This document shows, piece after piece, positions 50,199 through 60,787 of a stretch of DNA of 64,000 nucleotides; the first letter of the stretch is position 1; the number at the start of each line of letters is the position of its first letter. Below the pieces are notes generated by a model. That model saw nothing but the letters and a program-made list of their open reading frames with translations, searched no databases and was not told the origin of the DNA. The position numbers were made by a program, and so were the translations under genes. The stretch comes from Escherichia coli (GTDB taxonomy: Bacteria; Pseudomonadota; Gammaproteobacteria; Enterobacterales; Enterobacteriaceae). The stretch lies in assembly GCF_013315695.1 (NCBI RefSeq), contig NZ_CP054353.1, one strand, 5' to 3'.

Positions 50199-51299
50199 AT
50201 GAGTAAAGTCTTTATTTGCGCCGCTATTCCTGACGAACTGGCAACAAGGGAAGAAGGCGCTGTGGCTGTAGCCACAGCCATTGAAGCTGGCGACGAACGC
50301 CGTGCTCGAGCAAAATTTCACTGGCAATTCCTGGAACATTATCCGGCTGCTCAGGACTGCGCTTATAAATTTATTGTCTGCGAGGATAAACCTGGCATAC
50401 CCCGCCCTGCCCTCGATTCATGGGATGCTGAATATATGCAGGAAAACCGCTGGGATGAGGAGTCTGCTTCTTTTGTCCCGGTTGAGACTGAATCCGATCC
50501 GATGAACGTCACTTTTGACAAGCTGGCCCCTGAAGTACAGAACGCTGTCATGGTTAAGTTCGACACATGTGAAAACATCACCGTTGATATGGTTATTAGC
50601 GCACAGGAATTGTTGCAGGAAGACATGGCAACATTCGACGGACATATCGTTGAAGCGTTGATGAAAATGCCAGAAGTTAACGCCATGTATCCGGAGCTTA
50701 AGCTGCATGCCATCGGGTGGGTTAAGCATAAATGTAAGCCTGGTGCCAAATGGCCCGAAATTCAGGCAGAGATGCGCATCTGGAAAAAACGTCGCGAAGG
50801 TGAACGTAAGGAAACCGGAAAATACACGTCTGTTATTGATCTCGCCCGCGCCAGAACCAATCAACAGCACAGTGAAAATTCAACAGGAAAAATCAGCCCG
50901 GTCATTGCTGCCATTCATCGCGAATACAAGCAGACATGGAAAACACTGGATGACGAACTGGCCTACGCTCTCTGGCCTGGTGATGTGGATGCCGGAAACA
51001 TTGACGGCAGCATCCATCGCTGGGCAAAAAATGAAGTTATCGACAACGACCGCGAAGACTGGAAGCGTATCTCGGCATCAATGCGCAAACAGCCTGATGC
51101 CCTTCGCTACGACCGCCAAACTATTTTTGGCCTTGTCCGTGAGCGTCCGATCGACATTCACAAAGATCCCGTAGCACTGAACAAATATATCTGCGAATAC
51201 CTGACGACAAAGGGCGTGTTTGAGAATGAAGAAACAGACCTGGGCACTGTTGATGTTCTCCAGTCATCAGAAACACAAACTGATGCAGTGGAAACTGAG
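50199..51299 (+). pseudogene. ydfE: YdfE-like protein, reading frame runs into IS2
   Basis: frame from MSKVFICAAIPDELATREEG... continues to ...TDAVETE, then the last 8 codons (YFQTSVIT) are IS2 sequence. Confidence 0.6.
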
Positions 51300-52202
51300 T
51301 ATTTCCAGACATCTGTTATCACTTAACCCATTACAAGCCCGCTGCCGCAGATATTCCCGTGGCGAGCGATAACCCAGCGCACTATGCGGATGCCATTCGT
51401 TATAATGCTCGAACGCCTCTGCAAGGTTCTTTGCTGCCGTTAACCCGTCTGGTTTGGGCATGATACTGATGTAGTCACGCTTTATCGTTTTCACGAAGCT
51501 CTCTGCTATTCCGTTACTCTCCGGACTCCGCACCGCCGTGTTCTTCGGTTCAAGTCCCAACATCCGGGCGAACTGGCGTGTTTCATTAGCCCGGTAGCAT
51601 GAACCATTATCCGTCAGCCACTCCACTGGAGACGACGGAAGATCGTTGCCGAAGCGGCGTTCCACCGCTCCCAGCATGACGTCCTGTACTGTTTCACTGT
51701 TGAAGCCGCCGGTAGTGACCGCCCAGTGCAGTGCCTCACGATCACTGCAGTCCAGCGCGAACGTGACACGCAGTCTCTCTCCGTTATCACAGCAGAACTC
51801 GAACCCGTCAGAGCACCATCGCTGATTGCTTTCTTTCACGGCCACTCTGCCTGTATGTGCCCGTTTCGATGGCGGTACAGCAGGTTTTCGCTCAAGCAAC
51901 AGCGCATTCTGGCGCATGATCCGGTAAACACGTTTGGCATTGATCGCAGGCATACCATCAAGTTCTGCCTGTCTGCGAAGCAGCGCCCATACCCGACGAT
52001 AACCATACGTGGGCAGCTCTCCGATAACATGGTGTATACGGAGAAGCACATCCGTATCATCAGTGTGACGACTGCGGCGGCCATCCATCCAGTCATCGGT
52101 TCGTCTGAGAATGACGTGCAACTGCGCACGCGACACCCGGAGACAACGGCTGACTAAGCTTACTCCCCATCCCCGGGCAATAAGGGCGCGTGCGCTATCC
52201 AC
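51267..52202 (-). CDS. insD: IS2 transposase InsD, C-terminus extended into flanking DNA
   Basis: ...[31 protein letters not shown] followed by 10 extra codons because the natural TAG lies in the missing terminal 14 bp. Confidence 0.8.
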
Positions 52203-52616
52203 TTTTTTGCCCGTCCATATTCAACGGCTTCTTTGAGGAGTTCATTTTCCATCGTTTTCTTGCCGAGCAGGCGCTGGAGTTCTTTAATCTGCTTCATGGC
52301 GGCAGCAAGTTCAGAGGCAGGAACAACCTGTTCTCCGGCGGCGACAGCAGTAAGACTTCCTTCCTGGTATTGCTTACGCCAGAGAAATAACTGGCTGGCT
52401 GCTACACCATGTTGCCGGGCAACGAGGGAGACCGTCATCCCCGGTTCAAAGCTCTGCTGAACAATTGCGATCTTTTCCTGTGTGGTACGCCGTCTGCGTT
52501 TCTCCGGTCCTAAGACATCAATCATCTGCTCTCCAATGACTAGTCTAAAAACTAGTATTAAGACTATCACTTAAATAAGTGATACTGGTTGTCTGGAGAT
52601 TCAGGGGGCCAGTCTA
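51300..52616. mobile_element. IS2, missing about 14 bp of its insD-proximal terminal repeat
   Basis: insC/insD on minus strand; intact end ...GGGGGCCAGTCTA at 52616; other end starts at TATTTCCAGACATCTG without the outer TGGATTTGCCCCTA. Confidence 0.8.
52160..52525 (-). CDS. insC: IS2 InsC
   Basis: 121 aa from [40 protein letters not shown]... Confidence 0.9.
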
Positions 52617-53991
52617 TGAGGTATCTGATATCCCAAAAAATGAAACCGCGCCGGAAGCTGAACCATCTGTAGAGCGTGAGGGGCCGTTCTATTTCCTCTT
52701 CGCAGATAAGGACGGAGAAAAATGCGGTCGCGCAAACAAACTTTCTGGTCTGGATAAGGCACTGGCTGCTGGCGCCACTGAAATCACAAAAGAAGAATAT
52801 TTTGCCCGAAAAAATGGCACATACACGGGCTTACCGCAAAATGTAGATACCGCTGAAGATTCAGAACAACCAGAGCCGATAAAAGTTACCGCTGACGAAG
52901 TAAACAAAATTATGCAGGCAGCCAATATCAGCCAGCCTGACGCCGATAAGTTGCTTGCTGCATCACGTGGTGAATTTGTTGAAGGGATTAGTGACCCGAA
53001 TGATCCGAAATGGGTTAAGGGGATCCAGACCCGCGATTCTGTGAACCAGAACCAGCATGAATCGGAACGGAACTACCAAAAAGCGGAACAAAACAGCCCA
53101 AATGCGTTACAAAACGAGCCAGAAACGAAACAGCCTGAACCAGTGGCGCAACAGGAAGTGGAAAAAGTCTGCACCGCCTGCGGTCAGACCGGCGGCGGCA
53201 ACTGCCCTGATTGTGGCGCGGTGATGGGCGACGCAACATACCAGGAAACATTCGATGAAGAGTATCAGGTTGAAGTTCAGGAAGATGATCCGGAGGAAAT
53301 GGAAGGCGCTGAACATCCACACAAGGAGAACACTGGCGGCAATCAGCATCACGATAGCGATAATGAAACTGGCGAGACGGCAGATCGCTCAATTAAGGTG
53401 AACGGTCATCACGAAATCACATCCACCAGCAGGACGTGTGACCATCTAATGATCGACCTTGAAACCATGGGAAAAAATCCTGATGCCCCGATCATCTCAA
53501 TAGGTGCAATATTTTTCGATCCGCAAACCGGAGATATGGGACCGGAATTTAGTAAGACTATCGATCTGGAAACTGCTGGCGGAGTCATTGATCGGGACAC
53601 CATTAAATGGTGGCTTAAGCAATCACGCGAAGCGCAATCTGCCATTATGACCGATGAAATCCCGTTAGATGATGCACTGTTACAATTGCGGGAATTTATC
53701 GACGAAAACTCCGGTGAATTTTTTGTTCAGGTTTGGGGAAATGGAGCCAACTTCGACAACACGATTTTGCGCCGTTCATACGAACGGCAGGGGATCCCCT
53801 GCCCGTGGCGTTACTACAACGATCGCGATGTACGCACAATCGTTGAGCTGGGGAAAGCCATAGACTTCGATGCCAGAACGGCTATTCCATTCGAAGGTGA
53901 GCGCCATAATGCACTTGATGACGCCCGTTACCAGGCAAAATACGTTTCAGTTATCTGGCAAAAACTGATCCCGAGTCAGGCTGATTCTTAA
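52617..53991 (+). pseudogene. 3' part of a phage gene encoding a DnaQ-like (DEDD) 3'-5' exonuclease domain; no own start
   Basis: frame open from the IS2 boundary; acidic/Gln-rich linker with CxxC...CxxC; C-terminal [10 protein letters not shown]...GANFDNTIL...HNALDDARY exonuclease motifs. Confidence 0.6.
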
Positions 53992-54063
53992 TGTTCAACT
54001 GTCGCCGGTTGTGACTGGTATTCTGCAACCGGCGCTCGTCTGATGTAAGAGATAAAGAAATCG

Positions 54064-54315
54064 ATGAGCGAAGTAATCATGATTGTCTCTCCCGGCAAAT
54101 GGGTATCCGAAGAGCAGTTAATTGCGCTGAAAGGAATAAAAAAAGGTACGTTAAAAAAGGCCCGGGAAAAATCGTTTATGGAAGGAAGGGAATATAAGCA
54201 TGTCGCTCATGACGGTATGCCATGGGATAACAGTCCATGCTTTTACAACCTGGAAGAAATTGATCGCTGGATTGAGCGCCAGGCATCAGCGAGACCAAGA
54301 CGTCATCTTACTTGA
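54064..54315 (+). CDS. putative excisionase/recombination directionality factor
   Basis: 83-aa ORF immediately upstream of the integrase, same strand. Confidence 0.5.
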   Translation: MSEVIMIVSPGKWVSEEQLIALKGIKKGTLKKAREKSFMEGREYKHVAHDGMPWDNSPCFYNLEEIDRWIERQASARPRRHLT

Positions 54316-54349
54316 CTAAAAACCACACTAACTAATGAGAGAAGTTGAA

Positions 54350-55630
54350 ATGAAATATCCGACAGGCGTGGAAAACCATGGAGGGAAATTACGTATCTGG
54401 TTTGTTTATAAAGACGTAAGAGTCAGGGAAAATCTGGGGGTTCCTGACACAGCAAAAAACAGGCGCGTTGCAGGTGAACTACGCTCCTCTGTTTGTTACG
54501 CAATAAAAACTGGTGTTTTCGACTATGCAAAACAGTTTCCCTCCTCACGCAATCTGGAAAAATTTGGTGAGGCCCGACAAGATTTAACCATAAAAGAACT
54601 GGCTGAAAAATTTCTGGCACTGAAAGAAACTGAAGTCGCCAAAACATCACTCAACACATACCGTGCCGTCATCAAAAATATCCTGAGCATAATCGGTGAA
54701 AAAAATCTTGCCTCATCGATTAATAAAGAAAAATTACTGGAGGTTCGTAAAGAGTTACTGACTGGATACCAGATCCCCAAAAGTAACTATATTGTTACAC
54801 AACCAGGGAGATCGGCTGTAACTGTAAATAATTACATGACAAATCTTAACGCCGTGTTCCAGTTTGGTGTTGATAACGGTTACCTGGCAGATAATCCGTT
54901 TAAGGGGATCTCGCCATTAAAGGAATCAAGAACCATTCCGGATCCTCTTTCGCGGGAAGAATTTATCCGTCTTATCGATGCGTGCAGAAATCAGCAAGCA
55001 AAAAATTTATGGTGTGTTTCTGTTTATACTGGAGTTCGCCCTGGTGAGCTGTGTGCACTTGGATGGGAGGACATAGATCTGAAAAATGGAACAATGATGA
55101 TCAGGAGAAATTTAGCAAAAGACCGTTTCACGGTACCAAAAACACAGGCGGGAACCAATCGGGTCATTCATCTTATTAAGCCAGCAATCGACGCTCTCCG
55201 GAGTCAGATGACATTAACGAGACTGAGCAAAGAGCATATCATTGATGTTCACCTCAGAGAGTATGGCAGAACAGAAAAACAAAAATGCACCTTTGTTTTT
55301 CAACCTGAAATGTCAGCGAGAGTAAAAAATTATGGTGACCATTTTACCGTTGACTCAATAAGGCAGATGTGGGACGCAGCGATAAAACGTGCCGGACTCC
55401 GCCATCGAAAATCATATCAGTCGAGACATACTTATGCCTGCTGGTCGCTGACAGCTGGTGCTAACCCGGCATTTATAGCAAACCAGATGGGCCATGCAGA
55501 TGCGCAAATGGTATTTCAGGTATACGGAAAATGGATGTCTGAAAACAATAATGCACAGGTAGCTTTGTTAAATACACAGTTAAGCGAGTTTGCCCCAACC
55601 ATGCCCCATAACGAAGCAATGAAAAATTAA
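54350..55630 (+). CDS. intQ: tyrosine recombinase (phage integrase)
   Basis: 426 aa from MKYPTGVENHGGKLRIWFVYKD...; C-terminal catalytic region (...RHTYACWSLTAGANPAFIANQMGHADAQMVFQVYGKW...); adjacent to att junction. Confidence 0.8.
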   Translation: MKYPTGVENHGGKLRIWFVYKDVRVRENLGVPDTAKNRRVAGELRSSVCYAIKTGVFDYAKQFPSSRNLEKFGEARQDLTIKELAEKFLALKETEVAKTSLNTYRAVIKNILSIIGEKNLASSINKEKLLEVRKELLTGYQIPKSNYIVTQPGRSAVTVNNYMTNLNAVFQFGVDNGYLADNPFKGISPLKESRTIPDPLSREEFIRLIDACRNQQAKNLWCVSVYTGVRPGELCALGWEDIDLKNGTMMIRRNLAKDRFTVPKTQAGTNRVIHLIKPAIDALRSQMTLTRLSKEHIIDVHLREYGRTEKQKCTFVFQPEMSARVKNYGDHFTVDSIRQMWDAAIKRAGLRHRKSYQSRHTYACWSLTAGANPAFIANQMGHADAQMVFQVYGKWMSENNNAQVALLNTQLSEFAPTMPHNEAMKN

Positions 55631-55641
55631 TTTAATATTTA

Positions 55642-55761
55642 TCAAATAGTTAACACGCATGACTCTTGAAATCCATAAAATTCAAGCGCAGTGCCCAGCC
55701 ATCCCGATACTGCTGCTTTCACCAAATCCTTAGTGCTTCTTTCGTGTTTTTCTATTGTCAT
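55642..55761 (-). pseudogene. ydfJ: 5' fragment of ydfJ (first about 30 codons) at the right prophage junction
   Basis: MTIEKHERSTKDLVKAAVSGWLGTALEFYGFQ... then phage-derived codons; complements the 5'-truncated ydfJ at 9304..10587. Confidence 0.7.
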
Positions 55762-55818
55762 AATGGTTATCTCTAAAAAAGAGGTAAGATGCGTACTACT
55801 TACTCGCCGTTATTGGTA

Positions 55819-56838
55819 TTATTCAGAAAAAGTGAGTAAGACTTTGCAGCAATGCTTTTGATCCTGTTCAAATAAACTAATGGCATCAGCAACATGCTGG
55901 AAATCAAACGTATGGGTAATTAGTTTTTCTGGTTTAATTAACCCTTTACTTAACCAGTCGATAACGACCGGGAATTTATTTGCATTTAAGCGTGAAGAGA
56001 AAATAGAGAGTTCTTTTCCGGTAATTCCTTGCTGAATCACTTCAGACGGTTCACTGGAGAAGCCCATCAATACAATACGTGCCGCTGGAGAAGCCAGCGT
56101 TACGGCTTCTTTCAGGATTGAAGGATGACAAGCCGCATCGATAATTAATGTCGGCTTTATGCCTTTTTCAGCGAAAATCTCGCCAAGCGGTGTCTGGCTG
56201 TTATTAATCGCCCAGTCTGCCCCGCTCTCTTTCGCTTTTTCCAGTCGTTCATCAATGCGATCGGCAACAATCACATTCTTAACGTTATAGACGCCTTTTA
56301 ATACCTGAACGATCGTCAGGCCGATTGGACCTGCACCGTAAACCAGAACGGTATCATTTTCAGTCGGTTGACCATGACCGGTTACGTTCGCCGCAATGGT
56401 AAAAGGTTCGATCATCACCGCATATTGATCGGCCACTGCTTCAGGAATTTTCCACGCATTTTTTGCCGGCACCACGGCATATTCACTGAAACCACCGTCA
56501 GCGTGCACACCTAATACAGCCAGTGTCGTACAAACGTTCGGCTTACCTATAGAGCACGGATAGCAATGCCCACAGCTGACCACCGGATCGACAGCAACGC
56601 GTTCACCGACTCTGTCGCTTTCCACGCCTTCACCCACTGCATCAATGACGCCAAAGAATTCATGTCCAATGACGCGCGGATATTTCGCAAAAGGATTATG
56701 CCCACGATAAATATGGCTATCTGAACCACAAATTCCGGCAAGTTTCACTTTTACTCGTACTTCACCAGCTGACGGGGTGGGTATTTCGCGTTCGATAATT
56801 GCCAGTTGATTCGGTTTTTCAATTAAAATGCTTTTCAT
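55819..56838 (-). CDS. rspB: starvation-sensing protein RspB (Zn-dependent medium-chain dehydrogenase)
   Basis: 339 aa from MKSILIEKPNQ...; GHEFFGVIDAVG and GAGPIG motifs. Confidence 0.9.
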   Translation of the reverse strand: MKSILIEKPNQLAIIEREIPTPSAGEVRVKVKLAGICGSDSHIYRGHNPFAKYPRVIGHEFFGVIDAVGEGVESDRVGERVAVDPVVSCGHCYPCSIGKPNVCTTLAVLGVHADGGFSEYAVVPAKNAWKIPEAVADQYAVMIEPFTIAANVTGHGQPTENDTVLVYGAGPIGLTIVQVLKGVYNVKNVIVADRIDERLEKAKESGADWAINNSQTPLGEIFAEKGIKPTLIIDAACHPSILKEAVTLASPAARIVLMGFSSEPSEVIQQGITGKELSIFSSRLNANKFPVVIDWLSKGLIKPEKLITHTFDFQHVADAISLFEQDQKHCCKVLLTFSE

Positions 56839-56849
56839 TATCTTACTCC

Positions 56850-57860
56850 TTACCAGTTCCACAGCGTGCCATCTTCCAGACGTGCGACTGGCAGATAAGC
56901 AGGTTCATAGGGATATTTCGCCGCCAGCTTTTCATCGAATTCGATGCCAAGACCCGGTTTGTCTCCCGGATGCATATAGCCGTTATCAAAAGTCCAGTTG
57001 TGCGGGAAGACTTCAAGCATTTGTTCGGAATAACCCATGTATTCCTGGACACCGAAATTGGGGACCCACAGATCAAAGTGCAGCGCCGCAGCCATGCAGA
57101 CTGGCGACAAATCGGAAGGACCGTGTGAGCCAGTACGTACCTGATACAGCGAAGCAAAATCGGCAATCCGGCGCATACCGGTAATCCCCCCCGCGTGAGT
57201 CAGCGTGGTGCGGATATAGTCGATAAGTTGTTCTTCAATCAGCTGTTTGCAGTCCCAGATGCTGTTGAAGACTTCACCCACTGCAATTGGCGTGACGGTG
57301 TGTTGGCGAATCAGGCGGAAACACTCCTGGTTTTCCGCAGGCGTCGGGTCTTCCATCCAGAACATGCGATAATCTTCAATGCTTTTACCAAAGCGCGCCG
57401 CTTCAATAGGCGTTAAGCGATGGTGCATGTCATGCAGCAAATGTTCATTAAAACCAAACTTGTTACGTACCGCGTCAAACAATTTCGGCATGAAATCGAG
57501 GTATTTCTCCGTCGACCACAGCTGCTCTTCCGGCCACTGTCCTTTGGTTGCGGGTTCATAAGCCAGACCTTTACCTTTCGACATGCCATAGGTGGTTTTC
57601 ATACCAGGGATTCCGCACTGCACGCGGATGGCTTTGAATCCCAGCTCCTGATGACGGGCATAATCATCCAGAGCTTCATCAATACTGTGACCGGTGAGCT
57701 GCGGACAAAGGTGATCCTGCAAATAAGAGGCCACGGAAAGCTCACGTCCATTTAGGGTGGCATCCCCAAGGCCCGTAATACCGTCCTCAGTGGTGATTTT
57801 TAATGTGACGAAATTACGCCCCGGACAGGTAACAAAAACTTCAGCCTTTACGATCTTCAT
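56850..57860 (-). CDS. rspA: starvation-sensing protein RspA (enolase-superfamily dehydratase), apparently shortened by an internal in-frame deletion
   Basis: 336 aa from [17 protein letters not shown]...; N-terminal capping domain only about 55 aa before the barrel region (...LCPQL|[26 protein letters not shown]...). Confidence 0.8.
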   Translation of the reverse strand: MKIVKAEVFVTCPGRNFVTLKITTEDGITGLGDATLNGRELSVASYLQDHLCPQLTGHSIDEALDDYARHQELGFKAIRVQCGIPGMKTTYGMSKGKGLAYEPATKGQWPEEQLWSTEKYLDFMPKLFDAVRNKFGFNEHLLHDMHHRLTPIEAARFGKSIEDYRMFWMEDPTPAENQECFRLIRQHTVTPIAVGEVFNSIWDCKQLIEEQLIDYIRTTLTHAGGITGMRRIADFASLYQVRTGSHGPSDLSPVCMAAALHFDLWVPNFGVQEYMGYSEQMLEVFPHNWTFDNGYMHPGDKPGLGIEFDEKLAAKYPYEPAYLPVARLEDGTLWNW

Positions 57861-58065
57861 GTTCGATTCCTTGCATCGCTTGTCGTGATGCATGAAATCT
57901 ACGCAACTGAGCTACTACCATACAAGTATGAAGATCAAAAAAAGCCGGAGTGATCACAAAAAAAGGCGTATATTTGCGCCGTGAATGGTTGACAAAAGAT
58001 GAAATAGAATACCTTTTGTCAGCTGACACTTCCTCGTATCTTATTGATAAAGTGGATTTATGTTC

Positions 58066-58392
58066 CTACGTGCGCCCCCAGCCCGCAACAATGATCAACA
58101 TGCCGCAAAGCGCAATCAACGCCCCCGTCCAGTCATAAAGAGTCAGTTTCACTCCATCCACAACGCGCAGCCAAATCAACGCCGTGCAGACATAAACGCC
58201 ACCATAAGCCGCGTAAACACGCCCACTCGCCGCAGGATGCAACGTTAACAACCAGACAAACAGCGCCAGTGAAATCCCTGCCGGAAGCAACAGCCAGATA
58301 CTGGCGTTTCGCTTCAACCACAGCCAGGGCAAAAAGCACCCAATAATTTCACACAGCGCAGTAGCAAAAAATAGTAACGTTGTTTTAATCAT
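58066..58392 (-). CDS. ynfA: UPF0060 small membrane protein YnfA
   Basis: 108 aa from [26 protein letters not shown]... Confidence 0.85.
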   Translation of the reverse strand: MIKTTLLFFATALCEIIGCFLPWLWLKRNASIWLLLPAGISLALFVWLLTLHPAASGRVYAAYGGVYVCTALIWLRVVDGVKLTLYDWTGALIALCGMLIIVAGWGRT

Positions 58393-58526
58393 CTTTGTCA
58401 CTTATTGACATCATGTATAGTTATAGGACGACATAATATCATCAATATAAACACCCTCCTTGAACGTTTTGCGTTCGCAGTGGATGGTGTAGAATCAGCT
58501 TTAATCATTCATACAGGGAATGAATT

Positions 58527-58868
58527 ATGAAAATCACTCTCAGCAAACGAATCGGCCTGCTCGCTTTTCTGCTGCCTTGCGCACTGGCATTGAGCACAAC
58601 TGTTCGTGCCGAAACTAACAAACTGGTGATTGAGTCTGGCGACAGTGCACAAAGCCGCCAGCACGCCGCTATGGAAAAAGAGCAATGGAATGACACGCGC
58701 AATCTGCGCCAGAAAGTGAATAAACGCACTGAAAAAGAGTGGGATAAAGCCGACGCCGCTTTTGATAACCGCGATAAATGTGAGCAAAGCGCCAACATCA
58801 ATGCCTACTGGGAGCCAAATACTTTGCGCTGCCTGGACCGTCGAACTGGCCGCGTTATTACCCCCTAA
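58527..58868 (+). CDS. ynfB: secreted protein YnfB
   Basis: 113 aa; signal peptide [28 protein letters not shown]. Confidence 0.85.
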   Translation: MKITLSKRIGLLAFLLPCALALSTTVRAETNKLVIESGDSAQSRQHAAMEKEQWNDTRNLRQKVNKRTEKEWDKADAAFDNRDKCEQSANINAYWEPNTLRCLDRRTGRVITP

Positions 58869-58902
58869 CCTGTTATTGATTTAAGGAATGTAAGGACACG
58901 TT

Positions 58903-59463
58903 ATGCCAAGCGCCCACAGTGTTAAGCTACGCCCGCTGGAGCGTGAAGATTTACGCTATGTACATCAACTCGACAATAACGCCAGTGTGATGCGTTACTG
59001 GTTTGAGGAACCCTACGAAGCCTTTGTTGAACTCTCTGATCTGTACGATAAGCATATTCACGATCAGAGCGAACGGCGCTTTGTGGTGGAATGTGACGGC
59101 GAAAAAGCCGGTCTGGTGGAGCTGGTGGAAATTAACCATGTTCATCGCCGCGCAGAATTTCAGATAATTATCTCCCCGGAATATCAGGGGAAAGGTCTGG
59201 CAACGCGTGCCGCAAAATTAGCAATGGACTATGGCTTCACCGTTCTCAATCTCTATAAGCTGTATCTGATCGTCGATAAAGAGAATGAAAAAGCGATTCA
59301 CATTTACCGCAAGCTTGGCTTTACGGTTGAAGGTGAATTGATGCATGAGTTCTTTATTAATGGTCAATATCGGAATGCCATTCGCATGTGCATATTCCAG
59401 CATCAGTATCTGGCAGAGCACAAAACACCGGGTCAGACTCTCCTGAAGCCGACCGCACAATAG
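58903..59463 (+). CDS. speG: spermidine N1-acetyltransferase (GNAT)
   Basis: 186 aa; [41 protein letters not shown]... Confidence 0.9.
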   Translation: MPSAHSVKLRPLEREDLRYVHQLDNNASVMRYWFEEPYEAFVELSDLYDKHIHDQSERRFVVECDGEKAGLVELVEINHVHRRAEFQIIISPEYQGKGLATRAAKLAMDYGFTVLNLYKLYLIVDKENEKAIHIYRKLGFTVEGELMHEFFINGQYRNAIRMCIFQHQYLAEHKTPGQTLLKPTAQ

Positions 59464-59465
59464 CA

Positions 59466-60176
59466 TTAATAATAATCGATAGTATTTTTGATGGTGTAAA
59501 CCCGTTCGACGGCGGGTTTTACTCCTTCATCAACAATGATTAGCTGACAGTCTACCGGATTGGCGTAACTGTCATATTCACAGCTCTGTTTTACATTACC
59601 AACCCGTTGATTATTCAGTAAAGTAACCGCTGTGTAATCTAATTTTTTGATCGGATCCGTTGATGGCGTAGCGCTAACAGATAATGTTTTGTCGTTACTT
59701 TTCGTGGTTTTACCCAGCGGATAACCCTGATCATCATAGCGATATTCCATCTGCATCTGTTTGCTGCTGGCTTTAATCACAAAGCCATTATCATCGGTTT
59801 CCCAACTCACCCCGGCAGAAGGTAATTCTGCTAGCTGGCATTTTCCCTGCAAACGAACTCTTTTCTCCAATGTCTGGGCATCACGGTAATAATTGGCGTC
59901 CAGTACCAGGGCAACCACGGTATTATTTTCCAGATCCAGTAATTCGAGAGAATCAAAACAGCCTTCTTCCGACAAAGTCCCCGAAACACGTTTCGTCACT
60001 TCACCTTGCTCATCCATTAATGTCTGAGTGAAATCTTTTACGGGACCACGCAGCGGATCAAAATCGAATTCATTAGAGAAACTGGCCATCTCCGGGGTAA
60101 ATGAAAGTGTTACCTCTGTGCGGTCACATCCTGTGAGGAATATCGCGAGTAAGCATGGCAGTAATTTGTATTTCAC
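59466..60176 (-). CDS. ynfC: lipoprotein YnfC
   Basis: 236 aa from a GTG start; lipobox LTGC in KYKLLPCLLAIFLTGCDRTEV. Confidence 0.8.
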   Translation of the reverse strand: MKYKLLPCLLAIFLTGCDRTEVTLSFTPEMASFSNEFDFDPLRGPVKDFTQTLMDEQGEVTKRVSGTLSEEGCFDSLELLDLENNTVVALVLDANYYRDAQTLEKRVRLQGKCQLAELPSAGVSWETDDNGFVIKASSKQMQMEYRYDDQGYPLGKTTKSNDKTLSVSATPSTDPIKKLDYTAVTLLNNQRVGNVKQSCEYDSYANPVDCQLIIVDEGVKPAVERVYTIKNTIDYY

Positions 60177-60283
60177 AACAGTCACATGAGAGTAGAGATG
60201 ATTCTCAATCATAGTAGCAAATACAGTACTTTACACGTTAAATGCTATGCTTAAAGAAGTTATCTTCGCGTAAGGAGCTTATG

Positions 60284-60589
60284 ATGAAACTCTCAACCTG
60301 CTGTGCCGCGCTTCTGCTCGCCCTCGCCTCACCCGCGGTACTCGCCGCGCCGGGATCCTGTGAGCGCATACAGACCGATATATCACAGCGCATTATCAAT
60401 AATGGCGTACCCGAAAGCAGCTTCACGTTAAGTATTGTACCCAATGACCAGGTTGATCAGCCTGATTCCCAGGTCGTCGGGCATTGCGCTAATGATACGC
60501 ATAAAATTCTCTACACCCGCACCACCAGCGGTAACGTCTCTGCTCCCGCGCAGTCTACCCAGGATGGCGCGCCTGCCGAACCGCAGTAA
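60284..60589 (+). CDS. ynfD: secreted protein YnfD (DUF1161-like)
   Basis: 101 aa from MKLSTCCAALLLALASPAVLAAPGSCERIQ... Confidence 0.8.
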   Translation: MKLSTCCAALLLALASPAVLAAPGSCERIQTDISQRIINNGVPESSFTLSIVPNDQVDQPDSQVVGHCANDTHKILYTRTTSGNVSAPAQSTQDGAPAEPQ

Positions 60590-60787
60590 CACATTATCGA
60601 CTGAACGCCGGATACGACACATCCGGCGATTTGAACATACAACATAATCCCACCTTATTACTCATACCCTTCTATTGATATGGATTAATAATTCTTAACC
60701 CAAAATAGGTAGACTCCCTCTATTGTTAGCGCGCTAAATATTCAATATATAAACTTTTATATAACGATAAAGAACAGGGAGTGAGTT

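Noticed and set aside
52579-52616. N-terminal 12 codons ([12 protein letters not shown]) of the 470-aa ORF
   Set aside because: These codons are IS2 terminal-repeat sequence read in frame from a GTG; not a real start. The biological frame begins at the IS2 boundary and lacks its own initiation codon.
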